This document shows positions 25,889 to 38,735 of a stretch of 64,000 nucleotides of DNA, in pieces. Source of the stretch: Podarcis liolepis (Eukaryota). Each line of letters begins with the position of its first letter. Position 1 is the first letter of the stretch. Under the pieces are notes generated by a model that was not told where the DNA came from, did not search any database, and saw only the letters and a list, made by a program, of their open reading frames with translations. The DNA is taken from NCBI GenBank assembly GCA_965112155.1, contig OZ218107.1. One strand, given 5' to 3'. Both the position numbers and the translations under genes were made by a program.

Positions 25889-26378
25889 CAGTGTTTCCCA
25901 AACGTTTTTGGGCAACGGCACACCTGTTAGCCGGAAAAAAATCTCGCGGCACACCACCATTAAAGCCCCGCCCCGTGACGTCAGCGCGCAGCGTCACGCC
26001 GGGAGGGACGCACAAAAGCGAAAGTTTTTTCCCTCCCCCTTGCCGGGGTGGGAGGAGGCAGCAGAGCGAGGGCAGCTGAGGCGGCGGCGGCGATAGCGGG
26101 CGGAGGAGGGGGCGGCGGCGGGAGTTGCTGCTGCTGTTGTTGCTGCTGCTGCCCGGACATGCCGGCCTCCTCCTCCTCCGCTGTCTCGCGCTCCTCCCTT
26201 TTGCGCGCGCTGCCCCGCCGCTCGGCACCACCACCGCAGAGCCGCCCCCGGCTCGACGCGGATCCTCGCCGCCGCCGCCGCCTCTCACCGCCCGACTCGC
26301 CCGCCTTCCTCCCACGGCACACCAGCCGGTGTCTCACGGCACACTAGTGTGCCGCGGAACACCGGTTGGGAAACACTG
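25889..26378. mobile_element. Non-autonomous hAT (Charlie-like) element with GC-rich cargo
   Basis: 13-bp perfect TIR CAGTGTTTCCCAA, perfect 8-bp TSD CTCTAGGC (25881-25888 and 26379-26386), repeated subterminal CGGCACAC motifs. Confidence 0.93.
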
Positions 26379-26962
26379 CTCTAGGCTTTGAGAGATGCAC
26401 TGTGCACTCAACTAGCTATCTGGTGTAGATATAATACTCCCAGCTTGCTATCTACCATTAACCAAAGAAGGAGTGGGCAGGCAGGTTCTGTCTCGCCTCC
26501 TCCATCCTTTCCTTCTGCAGCATGAATTCCCTTTGTCCTTCCCCTGCTGACCTTAACCACATTAATTCAGCAGAAACATTAATTGCTACACAGGAATATG
26601 GTTTCAGGCTCAGAATTTAGATTACTGAGAACGCTGGCTTCTTTATTTTTACCGCAAGGGTTGGAGCATATGTGATAAATGACTTGTGAAAGCTCAGAAG
26701 CCAAATATAGTATGATGTTTAATTTCTTTATTCTACACCTCTTCACAAAGGAGCCCAGGGTGACAATACGGCTGCATAATATTTCTAGCGAGGTGGAGTG
26801 GGGGCTTGAGGGCTCCTCGGTGGTGCTGGCCTCTCCTCCATGGTTAGGAGCAGATAAATGATAGAAACAAAACGAGGTGAAAGGGAAATGCATAATAGAG
26901 GTTGTAGAATTCAGAAAGGGTTACCCCAGTTCAGCAACTTTTTTCTTCTTAAGTATTTAAGA

Positions 26963-27065
26963 CAGGCATCCCCAAACTCCCTGACCACTGGTCCTGTTAC
27001 TGTAGCTAGGGATGATGGGAGTTGTAGTCCCAAAACAGCTGGAGGGCTGAGTTTGGGAATGCCTG
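26963..27065. mobile_element. Short hAT MITE (103 bp)
   Basis: TIR CAGGCAT(C/T)CCCAAACT, perfect TSD ATTTAAGA. Confidence 0.88.
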
Positions 27066-28172
27066 ATTTAAGAGTACATATAGCCCTGTGCTCAAGTACT
27101 TGACTCTGGGATTGGCTAACTCAGGCACAGTCCTCCTTGAAACCTCAACTACACAAGAGATAGTGTTACCACGGCTTCCTTCCCACAAAGACCTACATGC
27201 AGTTGGAATACAGGTGTCAGTAGGATATTAAGGTGAGGGACTTCCACATATTGTTGGACTCAAACAGGCCAAGCAGTCAGGGATGGTGGGGCTCTCTTCT
27301 GTTAACCTGTTCTGTGTAATACTAAGAAACTGTCATAAGGAAAGGCCATACTGCCTATGTGGAATAGCTTTTGTTTATCAGCCAAGTTCAATATTGCAAA
27401 AGGCAAAAAATACATAGTGAGGCTTTGGTATTATTCAAATATATTTTATTAACCTGCATTCTAAGTACTGAACTAAAAAAATATTTAACTGGATTATCTT
27501 TGACTTTAAGCAATATTGTCCTTAAATATTAACTCTGCCCCCAGTGTTTGTTCTTCCCCTTCTCCCGAGGTAAATAAAGAGAAAGAGGGTGTTCAAATTT
27601 TAGGGGAGTTATATTCCTTTATAAACCAGAATGGAATCTGAGCCACAATGCAGAATAGGTGCTATTTAGGGCAGCTCAACTTTTAAACAGGATAAGTACT
27701 GTCAATGTTGTATTTACTCTTATAAAATGGGTGTGATGTGAGAAATGTGTAATCCACAAATGCATGATGTGATACTGCTTTGTCACTTTTGCAAATGCTA
27801 AGCAAAAATGTTTTTTCTAGCAGCATCTCTGTAATTTGTCACTTGTTCAGAAGTCACCTATGTTACAGGAATACCGCATGAATTTCAGGCAGATGCGCAT
27901 CACCAACTTTCAAAAAATGTATCTGCTATAAAGTGATGAATATAAGAAAAGGCAATGGGCTAGACAAAGGAATCCTTGCTAATATGATCGCAGAACAAGT
28001 TTACTAATAGAAAGTAGCTGTTGACACACAAAATGGTGGTGTTCTAACATCGCAACAACATGGTTTATTGTGACATAAATGAGCCAGAAAAGTCTTGGAA
28101 AACATTTACCTTTAACTAGTCACAAATTCCTAATTCATCTGAACCAAGGAATACCGGTTTAACACAAACTAT

Positions 28173-28535
28173 AAAAGGTAAAGGTAAAGGTACCCCTGCC
28201 CGTACGGGCCAGTCTTGACAGACTCTAGGGTTGTGCACTCATCTCACTCTATAGGCCGGGAGCCAGCGCTGTCCGCAGAAACTTCCGGGTCATGTGGCCA
28301 GCGTGACAAGCTGCATCTGGCAAGCCAGCGCAGCACACAGAACGCCGTTTACCTTCCCACTGGTAAGCGGTCCCTATTTATCTACTTGCACCCGGGGGTG
28401 CTTTCGAACTGCTAGGCTGGCAGGCGCTGGGACCGAGCGACGGGAGCGCACCCCGCCGTGGGGATTCGAACCGCCGACCATGCGATCGGCAAGCCCTAGG
28501 CGCTGAGGTTTTACCCACAGCGCCACCCGCGTCCC
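28173..28535 (-). mobile_element. Full-length Sauria SINE
   Basis: tRNA-like head GGGACGCGGGTGGCGCTGTGG...GGTTCGAATCC, (ACCTTT)n tail, perfect 12-bp TSD AACACAAACTAT. Confidence 0.93.
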
Positions 28536-28803
28536 AACACAAACTATGGTCAGTTGCAAAACCACCCAATTTCAAACCATGGGTTATGATGCTAGCTTAT
28601 TTAAATTATAGTTACTTTAAATAGAAGAGACAGAGGATAAATACTTTAATGAATGAAATCCATTTTTGCATCAATGAAAACACAAAGAAATGAAAGACGG
28701 CAAATGTTTCGTTTCCTTGTAAATTAGGCTTTAGGAAGAAATGTACAATCTTGAAAATGAATATGAGTACCTGAACTACAATAAGTGAAATCAAATCTTA
28801 TTA

Positions 28804-29170
28804 AAGGTAAAGGTAAAGGTAAAGGTACCCCTGCCCGTACGGGCCAGTCTTGCCAGACTCTAGGGTTGTGCGCCCATCTCACTCAAGAGGCCGTGGGCCA
28901 GCGCTGTCCGAAGACACTTCCGGGTCACGTGGCCAGCGTGACATCGCTGCTCTGGCGAACCAGAGCCGCACACGGAAACGCCGTTTACCTTCCCGCTGGT
29001 AAGCGGTCCCTATTTATCTACTTGCACCCGGAGGTGCTTTCGAACTGCTAGGTTGGCAGGCGCTGGAACCGAACGACGGGAGCGCACCCCGCCGCAGGGA
29101 TTCGAACCGCCGACCTTTCGATCGGCAAGCCCTAGGCGCTGAGGCTTTTACCCACAGCGCCACCTGCGTC
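28804..29170 (-). mobile_element. Near full-length Sauria SINE
   Basis: Same head and tail as the 28173 copy; short TSD (TC)TTATTA. Confidence 0.92.
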
Positions 29171-32100
29171 TTATTATTGAAATATTTTAAAACTAAATTC
29201 TTCCTGTGTTTTAACAAACTGTTCTTGATCAAGTAGTTAAGAGATTAAGCTGATGCATTTAATTAAATGAAGATTAGCAACAGTGGTTTTTATATTGTTA
29301 TAAAATTGACATTCTTCAACTGAAGTGTATGGGCCATATTTAACCAAGTCATTCTCACAGTAGACTCACTGACATGGATATGACTAACTTAAGCCCACTG
29401 ATTTCAGTGGGTCTGAGTATGACTTAATCTGATACCATCCTATTTTTAGAATACTTACATTTCCTTTGACTAATTGTATCTTTAATAAACATCATTCAAA
29501 CACAATTTGCACCAATATATTAATATTTCAATATTAATTACCATGTAGCCTCACCTTGTTCATGTTTTTCCATTAGTCTATGTTCAATAAGGCTTACTCC
29601 AAGTGAGCAGAGGAATCATTACTGAAAGTTAATTATTTTCTCAGTGGTCATCCCCTAAACCTGACCATTAAATGGAAATTTTGCTCTTTACCCCCAAGAA
29701 ATAAATAAATAGGGCAAACAACCCACTTTTTATCTGAATACAGTAGAAGATGCTAAGTGACATAGCAACATGCAATTCAAGCAATTTTACTTGGAAAGCC
29801 TCCCTGTTCCTTCCTCAGCTGTGGTGAATAAAAGGAGAAATAAAAACCTCACAAAGATCCAAATTCTGTGAATTTCCAAGAACTATGGCAGAAATTTATA
29901 GGGGAAAGCTAAATATTGCAAAAGAGCATTTTCAACTATAGTCTCAGTTTTTACATGATCAAAATATTAGACAAAGCATCTTTTAAAGAAATGTATGCTC
30001 CTCATGAGGCTGTCAGCAGCTTGGAACTGGCACAAAATCCCAATCTTGAAGCATTAATCCAAATACACTGATCTTCCACTGGTGTGTCGGGAGACACTAG
30101 TAAGTTGTGGCCTGATCCGAGGTAGGTTGCAACAGAAGCACGACCATCATGCAAATATATGGTAAAAAATTAAGTAATGGATCCCAAAATGCATGTTTGA
30201 ATTAAAAGTAGACCCTGGGTTTGAAAGGGTTGAAGATAGCTGATCTAAGATACTAGACCCAGATTTATCTCACAGGTAGCAATTCTCTGCTTTTCCACCA
30301 CTAGATGGAGATGAAAACCCAGACATGAGGTGATACATTATGACATACCAAAATCCAGCAGACTGGAGCAGTCTAGTTCAAATAAATTCAAACACAGATT
30401 CATAGGAGAATGGACTTTAGTAAACCCTTCTCTAGCACACATTCAGGACTTCTGAATACATGACAAACTATCAAACTCTCTCTGCTTCGAAGCTCTTCAC
30501 TGTCAGATGCTTTATACCAAAGCCAGATGGTGGGACACAGTAATCCTGCAACACCTAAGACTTAATTCTAAGAAACAGCAAATTAGGTGGCTAATCTGTG
30601 TCTCAACTTTACATTTCAGACAGCAGATATGAGCTTGCTTAAACAATTGCTCCTCCGTGCAAAAAGTCCCTGCAGACAAAACTAGGTGCCAGATAGATGG
30701 GCTCTAAGTCAGTCTTCTCCCCAAAAGGCATATGAATTTTCCATGGGGGAATCTTACCTTCCCCCACCTCACCCCCCCCCGGTCCCTCCACCAACCCCAT
30801 TATGCACAATCAGAGGTAATGAAGGACAGACACAGGTTTATCACAATCCATCACCAACATTTATACTCCATCCAAAGCCAGCTAAATGTATGAAGGGGAC
30901 CTAGGGGAAATGGCTTTAGTGTCCCCTGCAATGGCCATACCCTTGATGGATTTATTGACAGGGATGTCCAGAGTTGCAGCAGAGGCATCAACAGTAGTGG
31001 TGGCTCAGAGAGGAGTACCATGTATGCAGTGTGAAGCTGTTATTGTGCATTTCTCTACGACCCCAACGTAGTATTGCTCCAGAGAGCTGCTATATGGGAC
31101 ACAAAACAGACAGCTCATTTGTTCTTTTAGACTGCTAGGCACCCCACCAGAGCAAGCAAATCTTTAAAGGGTCCCTATACAGCCCAGGAGGGCCATTTAA
31201 GCATTCCTCTCCCTCCATTCCACTCAGTGGTGAGAGGAGTTATGAGCAACTGCAGTAAGTCAGGAATCTGTCTGTTTAATCCCTTTCCAAAGTCCCTGAC
31301 ATAAGCATCACTGGGAATCAACACAGTATCAGGGGCACGGGAAAGCAATTAAACTGGCTCCTTTGCTGCAACTGCTCAGAGCTCCTTAGCACCAAAAAGC
31401 AAAGGATGAGGGGAATTATGAGTCTGCTTAGTTAAGAACTTTTTCTTGCTGCTTGGTGCAGATAGAAGTAGAATGACTGCAGAGAGCGCTGAAGTCTATT
31501 TTAATTCCTCACCCATTTTCCTGTTATGGCATTATTCTGAAGCAATACTACTTTGAGAGCGCTGACAGTATATAGCCATTGCTCCAGCTCCTCAGCAGTA
31601 CAGAATGGCAAAACAGAATAACTTTGCCCAGCCCAGAGCAGCAGTGGACTCAGCTGGGGCCCTTTGGGCTCCAGCATCTGACTGACCACGCCATGTGCTG
31701 ATGCCAGGCTCAACTTTCTATAAAATATTCAAGGCACTTAACCATCTCATGTGCTATCTGAAGTCTATAATTCACCTGTGCAGTGTAATGCCAGAGGGAA
31801 TATAGAAGTCTTTTATAAAAATAAAATGAAAAAAATTATGCTAAAGGGGCTGTGATCTCGTGGTCTACTTGGAGTAAGTTAGAATGTATGAACCACTCAA
31901 TAAGCCTTAGCAAACATATTTTAAGATTCAGCTGTGAAGTATTCCTCCAAGTTAAAATGATTATCATCATCACTTAAAGCATCTATTTTTATCTTGTGAA
32001 TCACCCTGAGGTCCTTTGATGAAAGACGGTATATAAACCTAACAAATAAAAATAAAATATAATAAAATAAAAATAACCAAAGAGCTTTGGAAAGGAGGCA

Positions 32101-35100
32101 TCACAACAGAAGCTGTTACTACTGGTGGAAGTTAACACTAGTTAGCAATGCCTTATTCAAACTGACTTCTGTAAAAATGAAAAATAAAGGAGTACACCGG
32201 TCTGGCACACAGTGAAAAGACCGAAAGGGTTCTGGTTCATTCACACTCCCTATGCATACTACCTCTGATGGCTCTAGATTCTTCACCACGTAAACTGGCC
32301 AGCTGCCAATTTCTGCAGAGGCTAAAATTTTAATTTCATACTCATGGCCAGCGTTATGCTTCGTTTCACACTTCTTGACAATGCACATCTAACTTTTCCA
32401 GTTGTTTAACCATAGTCAATTGGTATGAATAGGGTAAGAGATCGTGTTCTCCTTTGTCTCCTACCTTCTGGAGGATGACTGAGCCCCACCTTTTATTGCT
32501 GCTGAGTAAGTATTCCTGCAAAGAGGGGAATGCAGCTCATGACAGGTGATTCTAGAAACAGTTCTTTTGTTTAGCCATGGTTAAACCATCAGGAACATCA
32601 TGTGTCTAGGCTCCTACTCTTGACTAGTTTTCTCCTCTAGAGCTTAAGTTCTACTGGAGTTTACAATGCTTGCTCTGTGCACTGAGTAGTTTCAGTTAAA
32701 AACATTCCAAAAACAATTACAGTTCAAACACTCTTCCACCCAATGATCATGGGGTTAGATGGTGTTTAACACCTGATGTCTTCACCCTACAGACCAGGGC
32801 TGACTATTCAGCCAAGAACATACCAGTATTAAACATACCAAGAACACATCATCCCATTAAATATGGTACATACCATACTGTACATGGAAACTCCTATGAT
32901 AATAAGCAGGTTTTGCATGGCCAGTTATTTTGTAGGACTAAGACTATGAACCAATGAACGGGAAGTGACTGGTCCAAAGGAAAGGAAAATCTAGCATGGC
33001 GCCCTGTATTCTGCCATGCCCAGGGAGAGCCAGGGGCCGTAGTATAGGACTTGCTTTGCATGCAGAAGGTTCAATCCCCAACATCTCAAGGAACTCAGAC
33101 TGCAGAACTGAGAAAACACTGCCCTGGAGATGTTGCTGCTAATACTGAATGAGATAAACCAGCAGTATAGAGAAAAGTGGTATGCTCACACAGAGAAAAA
33201 GGTTTTAGTACTCAGTAGATTCTGTTTTTTGCATCTTGGAGAGCGTTAAAGTTTTTTTTTCTGGAATAACTGAATAATTTAAAAATATTTCCCTTCAATA
33301 TTACTATTTCAGTGACAACTAATGTACTGAAAAAGCTTCATAGGGGTTTTAAAATACATCAACATAGGAAAAACGGACAAGGCACCAACAGTCTGTGCAA
33401 TCTTTTCAAACAAAACAATCTTTAAAAACAAAACAAAAAATGTATCTTAGCCATATAAACCCCCTCAGCAGATATGCAGACAAAGGAGACTTTTAATGTA
33501 AAGTACATTTGTACTAAATTCTGAAAGCTGCTCCACAAGTTACATTGTAGAAAACACAACACTTGTTTTCTACTGCTATGTACGTGTAGCAAGCAGCCAT
33601 CACCATTTTTGGATAGCATTTCCTGGCTCTCTTTTTGAAGTGTTTTGCCCTTCAATTCTCATAGTAAATGTAGACATTTAATTCTGGGACCTATTCCCAG
33701 GTAGTCTTTGAGCTTTATATTTGGTAAGAACTTCATTAGATAACAAAAGCATTTTGACATCTAAAATGATAAAAAAGAGAATTCAATTCTGTAAGTTACT
33801 CTACAGTGTAACATACTAAACAGTCCAATACTGCTTACCTGTGTCACCTTTCACTTTAAACTAGGATCAATAAAACACAACATGATGCTGGCTTACAGGA
33901 AGATATCCCAATAGGTAAGAGCGTCACAATAAAAGCTTACATGGCTCCGGAACCAAACTCCTCCATGGTAGTATAGCAACCTGAATGTACTAACATGAGC
34001 AGAACTTTGAAATGGGGTTTGAGTTTAGTTTAGCAAAAGTGTAAAGTACATGCTCTAGATGTAGAAAGCCCCAAATCTGATATTCTAGCTCTCTACTTCA
34101 GAATTTGTCAGGCAACTGGATAGTGGGACACTTCTCCAGCACCCTACAGAGCAGATCTACAACCTAGGTGCCCCTTAGAACTAACCTGACCAAAGCTGAA
34201 TTCAGATGTACACTTCTCTTTCAGTGAGTGATGCACAAAATACTGTTAATACTCTTAGACTCACATTTCAGCATCATTTTGAGTAGGATTATCAAATAAG
34301 GAAATCCTCCTTACTATATATTTCTCTATGAAACCGAGTCACACAACTGATACCCAGGAAAATCCCTTAAAAGCCCCTAAGCATCATCAAGACAAAATAA
34401 AGATGCCATTTCATATTCATATAGAAAGTGTCTTCACTTTTGAGCTTGAGCCAGCAATCATGCCATTGTAATTTTCCTTTGTTAGACTATCTCCTTATAA
34501 ATCTTAATATCAGCAATGTTGACATCTAATAATATTGAAGTAGCTATGAACTGTCAACTCATATGGAACTTGGTATTTATACAGCATAAGCAGCAGCAGC
34601 AATTAACAAGGTCTGAAAAGATATGCCGGGAAAAGGGCTAAGGCCCAGTATGCAGATATCTTTATATACACATGCTTTCCTGGGATTGGGCAGTCTGTCC
34701 AAAACGCAACTGTGGCCTATCAACTGCCCATCTCTAGTTTAGGATTTAGTTATACTGAAGTTCAAATGAGTAATCTGAGATACCGCTGTATATGTACAAG
34801 ACTTGGAAACCATACAGGTTGCTTAATATAAAAAAGCAGCTTAGAGAACAGGAAAAGCAAAGCATCTCACTTAAAAAACCCAAATGCACTGGAGCAGAAA
34901 TATTTTCTCATACCACAGTTTAGTTGCATCATCACAGTTACTCTGTAAACCAATGAACATACCCTTAAATATGTCATTCTGATTTTATGCTGTGATTTAC
35001 ATTTATTACGATTCAAACTGAAGAGTTTCAGGGGGTGGAATTACATTCCCTGCAAATTCTAAATTAAGGTTGTGATCCAAGTCAAATATGGACAGGACAC

Positions 35101-36342
35101 ACACACACACCAACTACATATGTTGTGTGTTACAAATGCTGTTAGAGCATTTAAACTTTAAGTGTGTTTAGAAACAAGTTACGTGCTTTGGCATGAGAGC
35201 AACTGAAATGGGACCTTGGAGAAATGCTGAAGAGATCTTACAAATACATCCAAACTTTGCGGAAATGGTTTTTAAGTAAAGCAAGGGGAGTACTTGAAAG
35301 GGAAACTTAGAAAGTAAGTCAATTGTGCATGCAGCTCTGGATCATGACCAAAGCCTTCAGGGACTTGTAAATAAAATGGCCTAAACACTACTGTATGCTT
35401 AGTAACAATTATTAAGCCATTATGTAGAGCAGCAGACCACTGCGCTCTGTAAGCAAAGATTGGAATCCAGATTCCGCTTTTCATAAGGTCAGATAAACAG
35501 AACATGGACTATAAAGAATAGAACACAGAATTTAGCTTTTGCTTTTTTCACTATTGGGAGGTAATCAATTCCCATTTTTAGATCTTACATTTGATAGAAA
35601 TATAGCAGAGTAAAATGAGTGATCTCTCCGTTAACATCTCTATGTGCTGGTAACTAGATTTACTAGCTAGTTCTATTCTAAAGCTATGCTGTAATACCTT
35701 AATTTTTAAGCATTGCTCTTGATCTGCAATGCCCCCAAAGTGACAGGACTTTCTCGACAGGTACTGCCACATTCATAAGATATGGACACATACACATACA
35801 TTCCAGCAACTAAATCAACATTCTGTGGGAAGAAGCAGGAAAGTCGTGAGAATAAAAGATCATCACTGTTTGCCCTCTTGTGGGCCAGCTATCTGTCTGA
35901 GCATAGTAATTTCCCTAACAGCAATAATTAAATTAAATGTTTGCTAAGTATACTGGCAATGGAGAAATGGCAGAAACAGACAAGAGCGAGCATGACAAGG
36001 TATCAACACAAAAGGTCATAAAATGAACAGGTATGATGGTGATGATCCTCATGAACTATCATACTAGAGATAAAACTATGTGCCTAGGGAAGCCCTCTTC
36101 TTGTTCGGCTCAGAATTTTAATGCTTTAATTTTACTTAGACTCTTTGAACACAATAATCTGATTTTCACTTTTATTTTAGTTTGGCAGAAATGATGATAG
36201 TGAGAAGATACAGAAAAACGGGAAATAAAATATATTTCTGTAAGAACTTGGGCCTCATCTTCACCGGAGTTCTTTCCTTCTCCCTACCTACTTGGTCCCT
36301 CAATGGAAATGAAATCAAGAAAGCCTGCTGGAGTATCTAATA

Positions 36343-36602
36343 CAGTGGTGCCTCGCAAGACGAAAAGAATCCGTTCTGTGATTAGCGCTATTAGCTGCTT
36401 TTAGCATCTTATCTGCTGATCGGATCAGCTGATAAGCGGCTTAGCGGCTTATAAAAAGGGGGGGAGGGGAAAAAACCAGCATTGTCGTCTTGCGAAGCAA
36501 GCCCATAGGAAATTCGTTTTGCGAAGCACCTCCAAAACGGAAAACTCTTTCGTCTAGCGAGTTTTCCGTCTTGCGAGGCATTCGTCTTGCGGGGCACCAC
36601 TG
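36343..36602. mobile_element. Tc1/mariner-pogo type MITE, family C
   Basis: TA|CAGTGGTGCCTCGCAAGACGAA...TTCGTCTTGCGGGGCACCACTG|TA. Confidence 0.9.
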
Positions 36603-37719
36603 TATTTGCAATAAATTCAGATCCTACGCATATGTTAAAGATGCAAATGCAAAGTCTTTGAATAGAATAATCTTGTGTTAACTTGACAGGAAAGGAACTA
36701 ATTAACAGAGATAAATAGTCTAATGTAAAATGAATGCAAGGTCCGGCGCATATACTTTACTGGACAATACATGACAGACCCAGCTCACCTTTAGAGGTCC
36801 AAACGATATGCCAGCATCCCCTCTATTATTAGAGGTCATGACATATAATGACATTGTGGCTATAACCTGCTGCAATGTCTTCTGCAAACATCCAACCCTG
36901 CATATATGTAGCTTACACTGAGGTTGGAACATGACCACCAGGCTATTAACAGATGTTAACTAGGAAGGCTTCCAGTCAAGTGTCAGAACTCAGAACAGAA
37001 GCTTGAAAAATATGAACCAGAAAAACAAAATGTCTCTAGTGGACATTGCTGGAAACCAAGTTCATTTCTAATCTGTTAATAGGCAAGCTATTCCACTGAA
37101 GGTCCCTGAAGTGTAGTAAAGCAAGCTCACAATAACATAAGAGTTACACATTGAGACCAAATACATTGGCCAGTTGCTTTGACATCTAAAAAGTGATCAG
37201 CACATTCCCTCCTTGTCCTTTTGTGTTGTATCATTCGGATTGTAAGCCTGTGGGCAGAAAATGACTTGCTTGTTACTCTGGGAGCTTTTACGGCTAAAGA
37301 GCGGGCTACAAATGTGTTATACATATGAATATTTTAAAAAACAGGTAGAACTATAAAACACTATGTACATATATATACATAATACAAACTGACAAAACAA
37401 AACACCCAATACTTCCTTTAGTCATTCCTTTGGAAGAAAAGCTGCACTCAAGAACAATAAGGAAGTCGCATCATATTCTACATGAGGAGCTCCATAGGGG
37501 TGAGTTGCAAGACTGATGCCATTTAATTATCTTCTGAAGCAGTCCACACATTTCACAAAAGTCAATGATGATACAACACTGGAAGAGCCTAGAAACATAA
37601 AGGGCTAATTTTCTGAGAAGGTGGTGCCAAAGGCTGTGGCAGAGCAACTCCCAAGTATTTCTGAATGATATTATCTGGATTCACTTCAATCTGTGTCCCC
37701 TGCTTCTAAAACTGAATTG

Positions 37720-38735
37720 TCCTGATTTATGGTCTTTATCAAGAGAAGGACAGGGAAGTGTGACCCTTATTACTCTTACTAGATCTCTCCATGGCTTTTG
37801 ACACCATTGAGCAGGATGAGTATCAAAAGGCATTGTATCACAATGGTTTCATTCCTACCTGCATGGTCAAATCCAGAAATGAACTGGGGAGTGGGGGGAG
37901 AGTGACTTTGGCCTCCTAGCACTTATGCAATAGGATTCCACCAGACACTGCTTTGTCCCTGGAGGGCAGGGTTTGCATTCCCTTTGATGGAGCAGGAACA
38001 TAGATTGGAGGTACAGCTGAATACATCTTTGTCAACCAAAGTCTAAGTTTCCTTTTTTGCTTGGAGGGCTTTTTACCAGCTTCACCTGGTCAGCTACAGC
38101 CATATCTGGATGGGGATAACCTGGCCATCATAGACCATGCACTCAGGACTGGATTACTGAAATGCACTCTATGTGGGGCCACCCTTGGGATTGATCCAGA
38201 AGCTCCAGCTAGGGCAGAATGCAGCACCTAAGATAGTTGATGGGAAGAGATGGTGGGCAACATGTAATACTACTGCTAAAATATCTGCACTGGCTGCCCA
38301 TGTTACAGGGCAAGGCTCAAGCCTCTTATATTAATATAGAAGGCCCTGAACAACTTGGATTCTGAGTACCTTAAGGGCTGTCTGAGTTCTTATATGCCAG
38401 TTTGATCATTGAGATCTGGAGGAGTGATGTTAGTTGTCCCCATGTTTCAACAGCCCGACTGCTTTTGATGAGATGTTAGGCATCTAGTGCTGTTGGTCCC
38501 CCACTGGAGAATTCTCTTCCAGCAGATGTAGCAGGCATCCTCACTTCTAAGCTTCAGACACCTCTTGAAGATTTTTATGTGTTGCCAGTCCTATTCAATG
38601 GTTTACACTTTTAAGATGAGGCAGTCATTTTTACAATTATTCTGTATTGCTGTTAATTGTATTTTATCTCTTTTGTAGATCCTGCTGTACACGGCACTGA
38701 AATTTTGCATGTGAGTGGTATATAAATATTTTTAA
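37720..38735 (+). mobile_element. Degenerate L2-type LINE 3' part
   Basis: LLLLDLSMAFDTI, LDY.NALYVG, KLQL.QNAA, LHWLP motifs with stops and frameshifts. Confidence 0.8.

Noticed and set aside
25833-26391. Several overlapping GC-rich ORFs, including a + strand poly-Leu signal-like frame
   Set aside because: All lie in the transposon cargo; not a resident gene. Only the - strand frame has an ATG in good context with coherent Q/P/A runs
28430-28535. tRNA-like A/B boxes (also near 29070-29170 and 52810-52908)
   Set aside because: SINE heads, not cloverleaf tRNA genes
29330-29440. Imperfect palindrome (similar ones near 610-730 and 58585-58680)
   Set aside because: Multi-copy degenerate foldback repeat rather than a unique structured RNA
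30886-31720. Possible homolog of the mammalian intron-10 terminal exon (acceptors near 31090 and 31718)
   Set aside because: Phase-1 reading stops within 2-11 codons and shows no similarity to the mammalian peptide as I recall it
36343-36602. Repeated TCGTCTTGCGA motifs with spacers, superficially CRISPR-like
   Set aside because: Subterminal repeats of a TA-flanked MITE in eukaryotic DNA; irregular spacing, no cas genes
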